From positions 6,889 through 70,888 of the forward strand of contig JAHEAX010000009.1 of the NCBI GenBank assembly GCA_024642525.1: a stretch of 64,000 nt of DNA, read 5' to 3'. Numbering within the stretch: the first letter of the stretch is position 1; each line of letters opens with the position of its first letter. The translations under genes and the position numbers were made by a program. The notes beneath the pieces are model-generated. The model was not told the origin of the DNA, made no database searches, and saw nothing but the letters and a program-made list of their open reading frames with translations. Of the stretch, positions 21,617-31,093 are shown one piece after another. This DNA comes from Erythrobacteraceae bacterium. GTDB lineage: Bacteria; Pseudomonadota; Alphaproteobacteria; Sphingomonadales; Sphingomonadaceae.

Positions 21617-22430
21617 AGCAGACCCAAGGACAGTCAACCGCAGCGGCGATGGGCGCATTGCGGACCGGATCGACACTGGCCCCCGCTTCGATGAAGCAGA
21701 CGCCATCCGGCTTAACCGCATGTTTCGCGGGCGCGATACGATGGAATTGCTGCAAGGCGTTATTGGAGACAGTCTCGTTGGCGAACTTGCCACCGTTTCC
21801 AGCTTCGGTGCGGAAAGTGCTGTTTTGCTTCATCTGATTTCGCGGGTGGACCCTTCGCTTCCAATCCTGTTTCTTGAAACCGGCAAGCATTTCCCTGAAA
21901 CGCTGGAATATAGGGATACGTTGGTAAGGCAGCTTGGCCTCACAGGCCTGCGCAACCTGGTGCCCGACCCGGAACTGCTTGCTGCCAAGGATGAGACGGG
22001 CCTGCGCTGGTCCTATGATCCGGATGGCTGCTGTGAAATCCGCAAGGTGCTGCCGCTGGCAACTGCCCTGCACGCTATCGATGCGACATTGACTGGTCGC
22101 AAGGCATTCCAGTCCGCCACGCGCGCAAACCTGCCGCGGTTCGAAATTGATACGTCCGATGCATTGGGCCGGCTGAAGATCAATCCGCTCATCGACTGGA
22201 GCGGAGAGGCAATCCAGGCTTATTTCGAGGAATTCGATCTGCCGCGCCACCCTCTGGTGGCGCAAGGCTATCCCTCCATCGGCTGTTCCCCCTGCACCAG
22301 CAAAGTCGCACCAGGTGAAGACCCGCGTTCGGGCCGGTGGAAAGGTTGGGACAAGACTGAATGCGGGATCCACGCACCTACAGACGGCGATGAAGGCGAT
22401 CTGCCGCCGGGCTACGAACCCGCTTTCTGA
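21609..22430 (+). CDS. cysH: adenylyl-sulfate (APS)/PAPS reductase, thioredoxin-dependent; Fe-S (APS) type
   Basis: PAPS_reduct fold (SSFGAESAVLLHL), C-terminal ECGIH, and the CC...CxxC cysteines (DGCCEIRK; GCSPCT) that mark [4Fe-4S] APS reductases. The start overlaps the DUF934 end by 8 nt. Confidence 0.9.
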   Translation: MAEADPRTVNRSGDGRIADRIDTGPRFDEADAIRLNRMFRGRDTMELLQGVIGDSLVGELATVSSFGAESAVLLHLISRVDPSLPILFLETGKHFPETLEYRDTLVRQLGLTGLRNLVPDPELLAAKDETGLRWSYDPDGCCEIRKVLPLATALHAIDATLTGRKAFQSATRANLPRFEIDTSDALGRLKINPLIDWSGEAIQAYFEEFDLPRHPLVAQGYPSIGCSPCTSKVAPGEDPRSGRWKGWDKTECGIHAPTDGDEGDLPPGYEPAF

Positions 22431-22439
22431 CCTATAGGG

Positions 22440-23363
22440 TCACAGCCAGCCCTGTTCGCGATACCACTGCGCAGTGGCGGCCATGCCTTCACGCGTGTCG
22501 ATGGCGGGTGTCCAGATTGAAGGCGGCACTACGCGATCAGACGAAACGACCCAGTCCGGATGCGTCATATAGCCAACCCTGTCCGCAGTCAGCTTGGCAT
22601 TATCGCCGCGGATTATCCGATCCAGCCCCGCGGCGCCTTCCAGCACGAAGCGCGGCATATGGGGCGCAATAACTCTGCGGTTGACTGCATCGCCGATGGC
22701 GCGGGCCATTTCCTTGTGCGACCAGCCGCCCGCGCGCCCGTCATCAGGGTCAAACGTCTGGCCAGTAACCTCGCTGCTGGCAGGGACCATCGCCACCAGC
22801 AATTCTGCCAGATCCTGCACGTGGATCAGCGATGTACGCCCGGCAGGCGGCAAGGGCACGAAGCCATATTTGGCAGACCGGAAAAGTTCGAACATATCCT
22901 TGTCGCGCGGGCCATAGACGGCTGGCGGGCGGATAATTGTCCAGTCGGTGCCGCTTTGCGCGACCACTTGTTCTGCCTGCGCTTTGGACGCGCCATAGGC
23001 TGACAAATGGGGTTCACGGGCAGAAAGCGATGAAACAAATACAAACCGCTGCACACCGGCGCTCTTTGCCGCAGAAAGCAGCTTGCGCGTGCCTTCGACA
23101 TTGGCGACTTCGAATTGCGCAGGCTCGGGCGTGTTGGTCAGCCCGGCAATGTGGATAATGGCCTCAGCGCCGGTAACAAGCTGCTCTAGCGCGGCATCAT
23201 CCGCCAGACTTCCGCCAACCCAGTCGATGTTGCAAGGCTGGCCTTCCGCCTGGCCTTCGGGAATGGTCCGGGCCAGCGCCTTTACCGGCATATTGCGGCG
23301 CGAGAGGGCATCGATCGTCGCTTGCCCGACAAACCCCGTGCCGCCCGTGAGAGCAATCGTCAC
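22440..23363 (-). CDS. extended-SDR NAD(P)-binding protein (epimerase/dehydratase-like)
   Basis: GTG start overlapping the proB stop (GTGA). Rossmann motif LTGGTGFVG and catalytic YGASK. 307 aa. Confidence 0.75.
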   Translation of the reverse strand: MTIALTGGTGFVGQATIDALSRRNMPVKALARTIPEGQAEGQPCNIDWVGGSLADDAALEQLVTGAEAIIHIAGLTNTPEPAQFEVANVEGTRKLLSAAKSAGVQRFVFVSSLSAREPHLSAYGASKAQAEQVVAQSGTDWTIIRPPAVYGPRDKDMFELFRSAKYGFVPLPPAGRTSLIHVQDLAELLVAMVPASSEVTGQTFDPDDGRAGGWSHKEMARAIGDAVNRRVIAPHMPRFVLEGAAGLDRIIRGDNAKLTADRVGYMTHPDWVVSSDRVVPPSIWTPAIDTREGMAATAQWYREQGWL

Positions 23364-24493
23364 AAAATCACCAGATGATCGCGGTGGATGACGGCGGGCC
23401 GCGGCGCATAGCCAAGCCGGTCCTGCTGGTCAGCCTCGCGCAAGCCCATGATCTCGCGGCATTCTGCGGCGGAATATTCGGCTAGCCCCTGCGCCATCGC
23501 CTTGCCTGCGCCATTGCACACGGCCACCACATCGCCCCGTGCAAAATCGCCTTCGACCGACGAAATACCGGGCGCAAGCACGCTGGAGCCAGCCAACAAT
23601 GCAGCGCTGCATCCATCGTCCACGATCAGTCTGCCACGCACATCCAATCGGCCGCCAAGCCATGCCTTTCGTCCCGCATCGCGGCGCTGGGGCCTGAAGA
23701 GGGTTCCGCGAGATTGCGACACCGCGGTGCCTATGGGATGATCCCTGCTACCATTGACGATAGCGAGCGCAATGCCGGCGCGCTCCGCGATTTCGGCTGC
23801 CTGCAGTTTGGATACCATCCCGCCTGAACCCATTCCCGATGCCGAGCCTGCATCCGCCATCGCGCGGATGGCATCAGTCACACCATCGACATGGGGCAAC
23901 ATCACCGCTGCCGGGTCTGCCGGATTACGATCATAGAGGCCGTCCACATCGGACAGCAGCATGACCGCGTCTGCACCTGCTGCCTGTGCCACACGTGCCG
24001 CCAGCCGGTCATTATCGCCAAAGCGGATTTCCTCGGTCGCGACGCTGTCATTCTCGTTCACCACGGGCACGAAACCCGCTTCGAGCAAACGGCCCAGCGT
24101 TGATGCGGCATTCAGGTAGCGCCGCCGATCCTCGAGATCGCCCAATGTCACCAGCATCTGAGCAGCACCAAGGCCGTGACCTTGCAACAGTGCAGACCAC
24201 AGGCCCGCCAACGCAATCTGGCCGACAGAGGCAGCGGCCTGTGCATCGGCCAGGCTGGCCCGCCCGCCTTTTGCCAGCCCCATCCGGGCCGCACCCAGCG
24301 CAATCGCGCCGGAACTGACAATGACGACCTGTTGCCCGCGCGCGCGCATCGCGGCGATTTCCTCGACCAGCCCTGCCAGCCAGGCATGGCGCGGCTGCCC
24401 GTCATCGCCCACCAGCAATGCAGAGCCAACCTTGATCACCAGCCGCTTCGTCGCTGCCGGATCGATCAGATCATCGAGTTGCAAAATCGCCAT
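23360..24493 (-). CDS. proB: glutamate 5-kinase (with PUA domain)
   Basis: LVIKVGSALLV, VVIVSSGAIALG, and a C-terminal PUA-like segment (LIVDDGCSAALLAGSSVLAPGI). Confidence 0.93.
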   Translation of the reverse strand: MAILQLDDLIDPAATKRLVIKVGSALLVGDDGQPRHAWLAGLVEEIAAMRARGQQVVIVSSGAIALGAARMGLAKGGRASLADAQAAASVGQIALAGLWSALLQGHGLGAAQMLVTLGDLEDRRRYLNAASTLGRLLEAGFVPVVNENDSVATEEIRFGDNDRLAARVAQAAGADAVMLLSDVDGLYDRNPADPAAVMLPHVDGVTDAIRAMADAGSASGMGSGGMVSKLQAAEIAERAGIALAIVNGSRDHPIGTAVSQSRGTLFRPQRRDAGRKAWLGGRLDVRGRLIVDDGCSAALLAGSSVLAPGISSVEGDFARGDVVAVCNGAGKAMAQGLAEYSAAECREIMGLREADQQDRLGYAPRPAVIHRDHLVIL

Positions 24494-24563
24494 GCCATGC
24501 CGATTAGCGCCAAGTGCGCCCGAATTGAAGCGCTCTCACCTAGGGCGCCCTAAAGCCGTGCTG

Positions 24564-25619
24564 TCAGAGGGGCGACCATGGGGCGGCTTCTGAAGTGTCT
24601 TCTTCTTCCTTGCCCTTGGTTTCAGTCGCAGTCCGGTCCGGCAAATGCTGCAGCACCGCATCGAGCATGGCTTCCACGCCCTGCCCTGTCGCACCCGACA
24701 GTGCAAAAACCTCGGCAGCGCCAGCCGCCTTCAGTTCTTCGGCAAAGCCTTCAACCAGTTCCTTGTCGGCCAGATCGACCTTGTTGAGCGCGATCAGCTG
24801 GGTCTTGTCTTCCAGCCCTGCGCCATAAGCTTCCAGCTCTTCATTGACGATCTGCATGGCTTCGGCAGGGTCTTCCCCCGAAATATCCACGAGATGGATC
24901 AGCACGCGGCACCGTTCGATGTGGCCAAGGAAACGGTCACCAATGCCTGCACCATCGGCAGCACCTTCGATCAGGCCGGGAATGTCCGCGATCACGAATT
25001 CGCGGCCCTTGTGGCGCACCACGCCCAGCTTCGGCACCAGCGTGGTAAAGGCATAGTCGCCCACCTTGGCCTGGGCGTTGGAAACCTGATTGATGAAGGT
25101 TGATTTGCCCGCATTGGGAAGGCCCAGCAGGCCGACGTCGGCAAGCAGTTTAAGCCGCAGCCAGACCCAAAGTTCCTGCCCCGCTTCGCCCGGTTGATGC
25201 TGGCGCGGGGCGCGGTTTGTGGAACTTTTATAGCTGGCATTGCCGCGACCACCCATGCCGCCTTCGAGCAGGGTGATGGTCTGGCCGACCTCGGTAAAAT
25301 CTGCCAGCACGTCTTCCTTGTCTTCCGACAGGATCTGCGTGCCGACCGGCACTTCTATAACGAGGTCTTTCGCGCCTGCGCCTGTCCGGTCACGGCCCAT
25401 GCCGTGCGAACCGCGCGATGCCTTGAAGTGCTGTGAATAGCGGAAATCGATGAGCGTATTCAGGCCCTGGACGGCCTTGAACACGATATCGCCGCCCTTG
25501 CCGCCGCTGCCACCGTCAGGGCCGCCATATTCGACGTATTTTTCACGTCGGAAACTGACAGCGCCGGGGCCGCCAGCGCCAGAACGCAGGTAAATCTTGG
25601 CTTGATCGAGAAAATGCAT
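24564..25619 (-). CDS. obg: GTPase Obg/CgtA
   Basis: MHFLDQAKIYLRSGAGGPGAVSFRREKY...GGSGGKGGDIVF is the Obg fold. G1 GLPNAGKST and G3 DIPGLIEGA. Confidence 0.95.
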   Translation of the reverse strand: MHFLDQAKIYLRSGAGGPGAVSFRREKYVEYGGPDGGSGGKGGDIVFKAVQGLNTLIDFRYSQHFKASRGSHGMGRDRTGAGAKDLVIEVPVGTQILSEDKEDVLADFTEVGQTITLLEGGMGGRGNASYKSSTNRAPRQHQPGEAGQELWVWLRLKLLADVGLLGLPNAGKSTFINQVSNAQAKVGDYAFTTLVPKLGVVRHKGREFVIADIPGLIEGAADGAGIGDRFLGHIERCRVLIHLVDISGEDPAEAMQIVNEELEAYGAGLEDKTQLIALNKVDLADKELVEGFAEELKAAGAAEVFALSGATGQGVEAMLDAVLQHLPDRTATETKGKEEEDTSEAAPWSPL

Positions 25620-25722
25620 TCCGGCCCCTTAGAGGTTCCTGTCGCCGCCGACGAGTCCTCTTTATCGCCTATTCGGGCGAAGCCCGGCGATCAGGGCCAG
25701 ACTATCAAGCCTGATTACGCGG

Positions 25723-26544
25723 TTACCCCGAAGCGGATGGGTCTGACGCGTCTGCCGTCACCGCAGGTTCAACCACGGGTTCTGATACAAATGTCGGCTC
25801 GCCCGTGGCTTCAGGCCCAAAACCCTGGTCCACCGGAGTATAGATGGCTGGGCCTGTATAGGACCCGTTGTTGACGACCGCCGTATTGCCATAACGGGCA
25901 TCCCACATGGCAACATCAACGCGATACTGCTCGTAAGCACGGTAGAAATCTTCAAACACTGCTTCGAATGCAGTCAGGCTGCGTTCGGCAAAAGAACCGA
26001 GGTCATTCGGGGCAACCAGCAGCGAATCTTCGGCAACCCGCGATGCGGCCTGACAGAACGACGTCTGCGCCGGTGGCAACGCGAAATAATTATAGACCTG
26101 GGTCATGTACTGGTCCTGCGAAGCGCGTGCCTTCGACCCGAACCGCGCACTGAATTCCTTCGTCACGTCCTTGTTCGCTGTTGTGAGCTGGCGCTTGTTG
26201 CGGTCCAGCAGCGCTTTGTAGGCGGGAAGAATATTGGCATATTGCGCATCGAGGCAATTAAGGGCTGCGACATTCAGCGCCGAACGAACATTCCAGATCT
26301 TCTGCGCATTGCTGAGATTGTAATTCACGGTCTGGCGCATGCCATCGACACCGATGGCAGGAATGGCCATCGCCGATACTGCACCACTAGGCGGCAGCGG
26401 CCGAGACGGAATCACGACTTGAACCGGTGGCGGTGGGGGCGGAGGCGGCGGCGGCGGAGGTGCCGGAGCCGCACAGGCAGCAAGCGCTGAAAGTCCGCCG
26501 GCAATCGCCAGCATGCGAATTCTTGCAGTGTTCATTTCGAACAT
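25723..26544 (-). CDS. hypothetical lipoprotein with a 12-residue polyproline run
   Basis: ATG at 26544 preceded by GGGAGAA. Lipobox-like LSALAAC followed by AAPAPPPPPPPPPPPPVQV (P12 at 26425..26460). No family recognised for the remaining ~220 aa. Confidence 0.6.
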   Translation of the reverse strand: MFEMNTARIRMLAIAGGLSALAACAAPAPPPPPPPPPPPPVQVVIPSRPLPPSGAVSAMAIPAIGVDGMRQTVNYNLSNAQKIWNVRSALNVAALNCLDAQYANILPAYKALLDRNKRQLTTANKDVTKEFSARFGSKARASQDQYMTQVYNYFALPPAQTSFCQAASRVAEDSLLVAPNDLGSFAERSLTAFEAVFEDFYRAYEQYRVDVAMWDARYGNTAVVNNGSYTGPAIYTPVDQGFGPEATGEPTFVSEPVVEPAVTADASDPSASG

Positions 26545-26632
26545 GGAACCCAATTCTCCCGTTGGCCCGCAGCATTTGTAACGCGGCAAGCCTTTCCCTC
26601 GGCTTAAGCAGCATTTTGTAACTCGTATCGGT

Positions 26633-26673
26633 TCCAAAGAAAATGCCCGGAGCGCAACAGGCACTCCGGGCAT
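26633..26673 (-). terminator. rho-independent terminator downstream of the BI-1/YccA gene
   Basis: Perfect 10-bp stem ATGCCCGGAG-(11 nt)-CTCCGGGCAT, followed on the minus strand by TTTTCTTTGG. Confidence 0.7.
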
Positions 26674-26710
26674 CGACAGAACGAGTCCTGCGTGCGGTAA
26701 GCGGGGTTGA

Positions 26711-27490
26711 TTAGTCCCGGTTGCCCATGAAGCGAAGCAGGAACAGGAACATATTGATGAAATCGAGATAGAGGCTGAGTGCGCCCATGATCACCAATTT
26801 GCCCAGGGGATATGCCTGCGCCATTGCAGGGTTGGTCACCTTGGCGTGCTGGATAGCGAGATAGTCGCCTTTCAGCCGCTGCGTATCATAGGCTGTCAGG
26901 CCTGCGAATATCAGCACACCAAGGAAGCTGACTGCCAGTTCCAGAGTGCTCGACTGCATGAAGATATTGATGACGCTGGCGATCAGCAGGCCAATCACAC
27001 CCATGATCAGGAAGCTGCCCCAGCCGGACAGGTCCTTCTTGGTGGTGTAACCATACAGGCTGAGACCGGCAAAGGCACCAGCTGTTGCAAAGAACGTCGC
27101 TGCGATCGAAGACCCTGTATAAACGAGGAAAATCGACGAAAGCGAAAGACCCATCGCGACTGCAAAGCCCCAGAACATTGCCTGCAATGTTGCAGTGCTG
27201 AATTTGTTCTGGCCGAAGCTCATTGCAAAGACGAATGCCAGCGGCGACAGCATGATGATCCAGCTGAGAATGCCGCCGCCCATAAGGACAGTTTGTGCCA
27301 TGCCCGAACGGGCAAACAGCAACGCGACAATACCGGTCAGCAAAACACCGGACGCCATGTAATTGTAAATCGACAGCATGTGCTTGCGCAGCCCTGCGTC
27401 GAATACTTCGCGACCCGCAACTTCACCATTCAGGCTGGGAGACGCACCGAAACCCGTCTGTGTGGGCCGGGGTTCATTCCAATCTGCCAT
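26711..27490 (-). CDS. Bax inhibitor-1/YccA (UPF0005) family membrane protein (ybhL-type)
   Basis: MADWNEPRP...LRKHMLSIYNYMASGVLLTG, seven hydrophobic helices, and the C-terminal LYLDFINMFLFLLRF typical of the BI-1 family. Confidence 0.88.
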   Translation of the reverse strand: MADWNEPRPTQTGFGASPSLNGEVAGREVFDAGLRKHMLSIYNYMASGVLLTGIVALLFARSGMAQTVLMGGGILSWIIMLSPLAFVFAMSFGQNKFSTATLQAMFWGFAVAMGLSLSSIFLVYTGSSIAATFFATAGAFAGLSLYGYTTKKDLSGWGSFLIMGVIGLLIASVINIFMQSSTLELAVSFLGVLIFAGLTAYDTQRLKGDYLAIQHAKVTNPAMAQAYPLGKLVIMGALSLYLDFINMFLFLLRFMGNRD

Positions 27491-27603
27491 TGTGACACCT
27501 ACTCCTTTTCCCGGCAGCCGAATGGGCACCGGTTCTGAAAAGCAATATCGGGGCTAAAGACGGATTTTTCAAGGAAAACCGGATTTGGCAGAAACGGCGG
27601 GAA
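27491..27603 (-). promoter_or_regulatory. promoter plus 5' leader of the BI-1 gene (candidate ybhL leader)
   Basis: Minus strand: TTGAAA (27572..27567), 17 nt, GATATT (27549..27544). This is followed by a leader of about 45 nt with the hairpin CCGGUGCCCAUUCGGCUGCCGG just upstream of AAGGAG. An alpha-proteobacterial ybhL leader motif is known, but I cannot align to it by eye. Confidence 0.3.
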
Positions 27604-28416
27604 TTAACCCTTTTCGCGCGCTTCACGGGCCATCTCTGCCCCGCGATCGCGGGCCGCAGCCAGGCACTGTGCCAGCAAGGATTGCAGCGCCGCACCCTCG
27701 TCCAGCACGTCCATCCCCTTTTGCGTCATCCCGCCGGGGCTCGCCACGCGACGCGCAAGTTCGGCCGGCGAGTGCGGGGATGATGCCGCAAGGGCCGCAG
27801 CGCCTTCCACCATCGCCAGTGAAAGACGGTCTGCCTGCTCGCGCTCCAGACCCAGTCCGGCAGCCGCAGCGGCAAGCGCGTCGATGAAACGATAGACAAA
27901 AGCCGGACCTGACCCGGCAAGCGCTGCCACCAAGTCAAACCGGCTTTCATCCACCAGCCATTCAGCGCTTCCCAATGCGTCGGCAAGGCTGGTCAATTCT
28001 GCGCGGATTTCGGCACCAAGCCCGGTCGCCACCAATCCATTGGGCGACTTGTTGAGAGCGCTGGCAAGGTTGGGCATCAGCCGGGCAATTCCGCCTGCCC
28101 GGGGGAACATGGCGGAAAGGCTGGCAAGCTCTGTTCCTGCAAGCACGGAAATAAGGGTGGTTCGAGGCCCGACCAATGGTTCGAGATCAGTGACGATTTC
28201 TGCCAATTTCTGCGGTTTTACGGCCAACAGGACAGCGTCGAACCCCTGCCTCGGCCATTCATTATGAACAATGATGCCATGCGGCGCATCGGCCCTGCGC
28301 GGATGATAGATTTCAAACCGGCCTGCCGGAATTCCCGATGACAGCCAGCCTTCGACCATGGTCTGCGCCATCGTCCCGAAACCAACGATCAGAATTTTAT
28401 CCAGTGCCATTGTCAT
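27604..28416 (-). CDS. proC: pyrroline-5-carboxylate reductase
   Basis: ILIVGFGTMAQTMVEG Rossmann N-terminus. The C-terminal SPGGMTQKGMDVL matches the P5CR dimerisation-domain signature. Confidence 0.9.
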   Translation of the reverse strand: MTMALDKILIVGFGTMAQTMVEGWLSSGIPAGRFEIYHPRRADAPHGIIVHNEWPRQGFDAVLLAVKPQKLAEIVTDLEPLVGPRTTLISVLAGTELASLSAMFPRAGGIARLMPNLASALNKSPNGLVATGLGAEIRAELTSLADALGSAEWLVDESRFDLVAALAGSGPAFVYRFIDALAAAAAGLGLEREQADRLSLAMVEGAAALAASSPHSPAELARRVASPGGMTQKGMDVLDEGAALQSLLAQCLAAARDRGAEMAREAREKG

Positions 28417-28440
28417 ATCTTCATGGGTTGAAGGGTGGGA

Positions 28441-28947
28441 CTAGGCCTCGCCCGCGGCATCCACAAGCGCACTGTCGAGCGCATCACGCGGGTCCTTGTC
28501 GCCCCACAGCACGAACTGGAATGCAGGATAGAAGCGGTCGCATTCCTCGACTGCGGTTTCCACCAGTGCCTGCGCCTGATCAAGGCTGAGAAGCCCGTCA
28601 TCCCCCAGCATTGCGCCATGGCGATAAAGCAGCACGCTGCCATTTGACCATATATCGAAATGGCCGAGCCACATCTGCTCGTTTACCATGGCCACAAGTT
28701 CATAGGCAGCGGCGCGCTTGTCATCGGCAATGCGGATATCCGGCAGGCACAGAACCTGCAGCACATTGTCATCCGCGCGCCAGATGCAGCGCAGCTGATA
28801 TTTGGCCCAGCTACCCTGAATTTCGCCCGAAATCTCGTCTTCGGATACAGTCTGGCACGGCCAGCCGCGCGCTTCGAACAGGGCTGCCAGCATGTCGACC
28901 GGCGCAGCATCATTATTGGCAGCAAATTCTGCTTCACCGGTTCTCAT
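28441..28947 (-). CDS. YbjN domain-containing protein
   Basis: 168 aa, acidic. MLAALFEARGWPCQTVSEDEISG...YQLRCIW...NVLQVLC resembles the YbjN family. Immediately upstream of proC (24 nt gap), an arrangement common in alpha-proteobacteria. Confidence 0.7.
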   Translation of the reverse strand: MRTGEAEFAANNDAAPVDMLAALFEARGWPCQTVSEDEISGEIQGSWAKYQLRCIWRADDNVLQVLCLPDIRIADDKRAAAYELVAMVNEQMWLGHFDIWSNGSVLLYRHGAMLGDDGLLSLDQAQALVETAVEECDRFYPAFQFVLWGDKDPRDALDSALVDAAGEA

Positions 28948-29078
28948 TCGTGCGTTCCGTCCGTTCTTGTGGCTGGTATTTAACCATCAACAGGCGATGC
29001 ATTGTCAGCAGCAGGTTCCGCAATGCGGCACAGCGGACCATCTGGGGAGAACTAATCTTGCTTGTTCAAAGCCTGTGC

Positions 29079-29117
29079 AAAAACCGATCCGAAGGGTCAA
29101 ATACGGCCCTGTTTCGG
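29079..29117 (-). terminator. possible intrinsic terminator after the SPOR/TPR gene
   Basis: Minus strand: CCGAAacaGGGccguauuugaCCCUUCGG, then aucggUUUUUg. The stem is interrupted. Confidence 0.35.
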
Positions 29118-29136
29118 CAATGCCGGAAAGCCCTGA

Positions 29137-31011
29137 CTACTTGAGCTTTTCAACCTCTTCGCCTTCACTGCTAGTGAAGGTGAAGCTGTCCATCCCCGCC
29201 TTTTTCAAAGCTGCCACCGCTGCCTGCGCGGCTTTGAGCGTATCATATGGGCCGGTGAGCAAGCGCCGGGTCTGGCCCCATTGGGCAACATAGGCTTCCT
29301 GCTTGGCGAGATTATCCGGCGAATTCCGTCCCATCTTGCGCCAGTCGAAAGCCAGGGCCTTCAAATCCTTGCCAGTTGCGACCTGCACCCAGAACCGGCT
29401 CGGATGGCGGGGCGGCACGGGCTTGGGCACTGGCTTTGGCGCAGGTTCCTGCGCTTTTTCACGCGGCGGCTTGATCGAAGTGATATCGACCGCGCCGCTT
29501 ATGTCCGGGGCTGTTGGCACAGCGGCCAGTCCGGCAAAAGCATCAGCTACGCTCGCAGGCGGCCTTGCCTCAATGGCCCTTTCAGCCGGAGCAGCAACAA
29601 TCTGCGCCGCGATTTGCTGAGGCGCTGCCTGAACTGGTGCCTGAACCGCAGCCTGAACTGGTGCCTGAACTGCAGGCTGAGAAGTCACCCTGGCAAGGTC
29701 AAAACCGGGGCTTGCAGGAGTGCCGCCTTGTGCAACTTGCGTAGGTGGCAATTCGCCGCGCGGAGGCAGACTGCGTGGCGGCTCGTTCACTGGCTGTGCG
29801 ACAGGCTGGCTTTGCTGGGCAACCACGGCAGCGAGTGTCGATGAGCTTGAATTTGCCGCTACACGGTCCGGCTGCTGCGTGACCGGCGTCGAAGCAACAG
29901 GCGCAAGCTGGGCTGGAGCCGCCACTGCCTGCTTTGGCGCTTCGACGGGCCGCTGCACGCTGACGACGCGCGGCGCCTGGGTGCGTTGCAGTGGGTCAGA
30001 CGCACGGGAAGGATCATTGCGCGCTGCGCGGGCCTTGCGGCTGCTGTTCGATACAGAACTGGTGCTGCGATCAGGCCTGCGCCGCTGACTGCGTGTATCT
30101 GTCTGCGGGCGCGGGCCAAGTGGCTCGCCCTGCGGTGCCAGCGGCGTATCGGCGGCGGCCGCTGGCCGTTCGGGGGGCGTATATTGCGCGATGCGCGGAT
30201 CATCGCGCCCGATCTGTGCAGCACGCGGAAAGGCGCCAAGATTTGCAGCAGCAGCTTGCTGCGCTGTGGTCAACCGCTTCATATAGCGCAGATAAGGCGT
30301 GATCCGCGCCGAAAGCTGGGCTGGCATCACAGCTTCGGCAATTTTTACCGCTTCTGCTTCGTCGCCCAGAATGGCGAGGCCAAATGCGCGCGTCCGGTAA
30401 CCGGACAGGTCACGTTTTTCGAGCAGCGGATAGAGGGTTTTTTCAAAACCCGCACGGTCGCCTGCAATTGCCTGGCTGATAGCCATGCGCCGGATGATTT
30501 CATCGGTAGGCCGGCTCGCCAGAGCCTTCCTATAATGCATCTGGGCTGAAGTCGGGTCGCCGACCAGGTCATAGGCAAGCCCGCGATCTGCCGCGAGCAT
30601 GATGTTGGAAGCGCCAGCACGTTCCGCCTCGTCAAACAGGCGAAGCGCCTCGAGCGGGCGCTCGGAACGGACAAATGCCCCTGCGAGGCCCAGCTTCACC
30701 TGTGCATTACCGGGTGAAAGTTCGTCAGCCCGCCCGAAAAATCCGATTGCCGCATCAACATCGTTCAACTGAAGCGAAGCATTGCCAGCATCAATCAACG
30801 CGCCCAGATCGCGCGTATTGCTGGCCAGCCGCCGCAAGGCCGAGTTGAGATCGGACACACCAGCTGGCGGCAACGGCTGGACGACAGGGCGCGATTCGGC
30901 CTCTGCCGTCTGAGCGTGAAGCGGCGAAGCGGCCGCACCGAGCGCTGCAAATGCCAAAGCGCAGAGCGCCCAGCCGCTGGCCAGCGATGATGTAGGAGCA
31001 GTCTTTACCAA
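29137..31011 (-). CDS. TPR-repeat and SPOR-domain protein (putative septal peptidoglycan-binding protein)
   Basis: TTG start preceded by AAGGA. Signal-like N-terminus, then TPR-like repeats (residues ~60-250), a P/A/Q-rich low-complexity middle, and the C-terminal SPOR-like FWVQVATGKDLKAL...RRLLTGPYDTLKAAQAAVAALKKAGMDSF. Confidence 0.75.
   Translation of the reverse strand: MVKTAPTSSLASGWALCALAFAALGAAASPLHAQTAEAESRPVVQPLPPAGVSDLNSALRRLASNTRDLGALIDAGNASLQLNDVDAAIGFFGRADELSPGNAQVKLGLAGAFVRSERPLEALRLFDEAERAGASNIMLAADRGLAYDLVGDPTSAQMHYRKALASRPTDEIIRRMAISQAIAGDRAGFEKTLYPLLEKRDLSGYRTRAFGLAILGDEAEAVKIAEAVMPAQLSARITPYLRYMKRLTTAQQAAAANLGAFPRAAQIGRDDPRIAQYTPPERPAAAADTPLAPQGEPLGPRPQTDTRSQRRRPDRSTSSVSNSSRKARAARNDPSRASDPLQRTQAPRVVSVQRPVEAPKQAVAAPAQLAPVASTPVTQQPDRVAANSSSSTLAAVVAQQSQPVAQPVNEPPRSLPPRGELPPTQVAQGGTPASPGFDLARVTSQPAVQAPVQAAVQAPVQAAPQQIAAQIVAAPAERAIEARPPASVADAFAGLAAVPTAPDISGAVDITSIKPPREKAQEPAPKPVPKPVPPRHPSRFWVQVATGKDLKALAFDWRKMGRNSPDNLAKQEAYVAQWGQTRRLLTGPYDTLKAAQAAVAALKKAGMDSFTFTSSEGEEVEKLK
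29627..29674 (-). repeat. 2 x 24-bp tandem repeat inside the SPOR/TPR gene
   Basis: GCCTGAACTGGTGCCTGAACCGCA / GCCTGAACTGGTGCCTGAACTGCA, with 1 mismatch. It encodes the VQAPVQAA-type low-complexity repeat. Confidence 0.85.
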
Positions 31012-31066
31012 ACCGGACTATCCTTGAAATCGAGCATCCGGCTACCTTGGCCGCGTCCGGCTGAAC

Positions 31067-31088
31067 CGCGCCGGAACAACCCGGCGCG
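31067..31088 (-). terminator. GC hairpin directly after the ftsZ stop (weak or partial terminator, no U-tract)
   Basis: Perfect 8-bp stem CGCGCCGG-(6 nt)-CCGGCGCG, 6 nt downstream of the ftsZ stop codon. Confidence 0.4.
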
Positions 31089-31093
31089 CCCCG

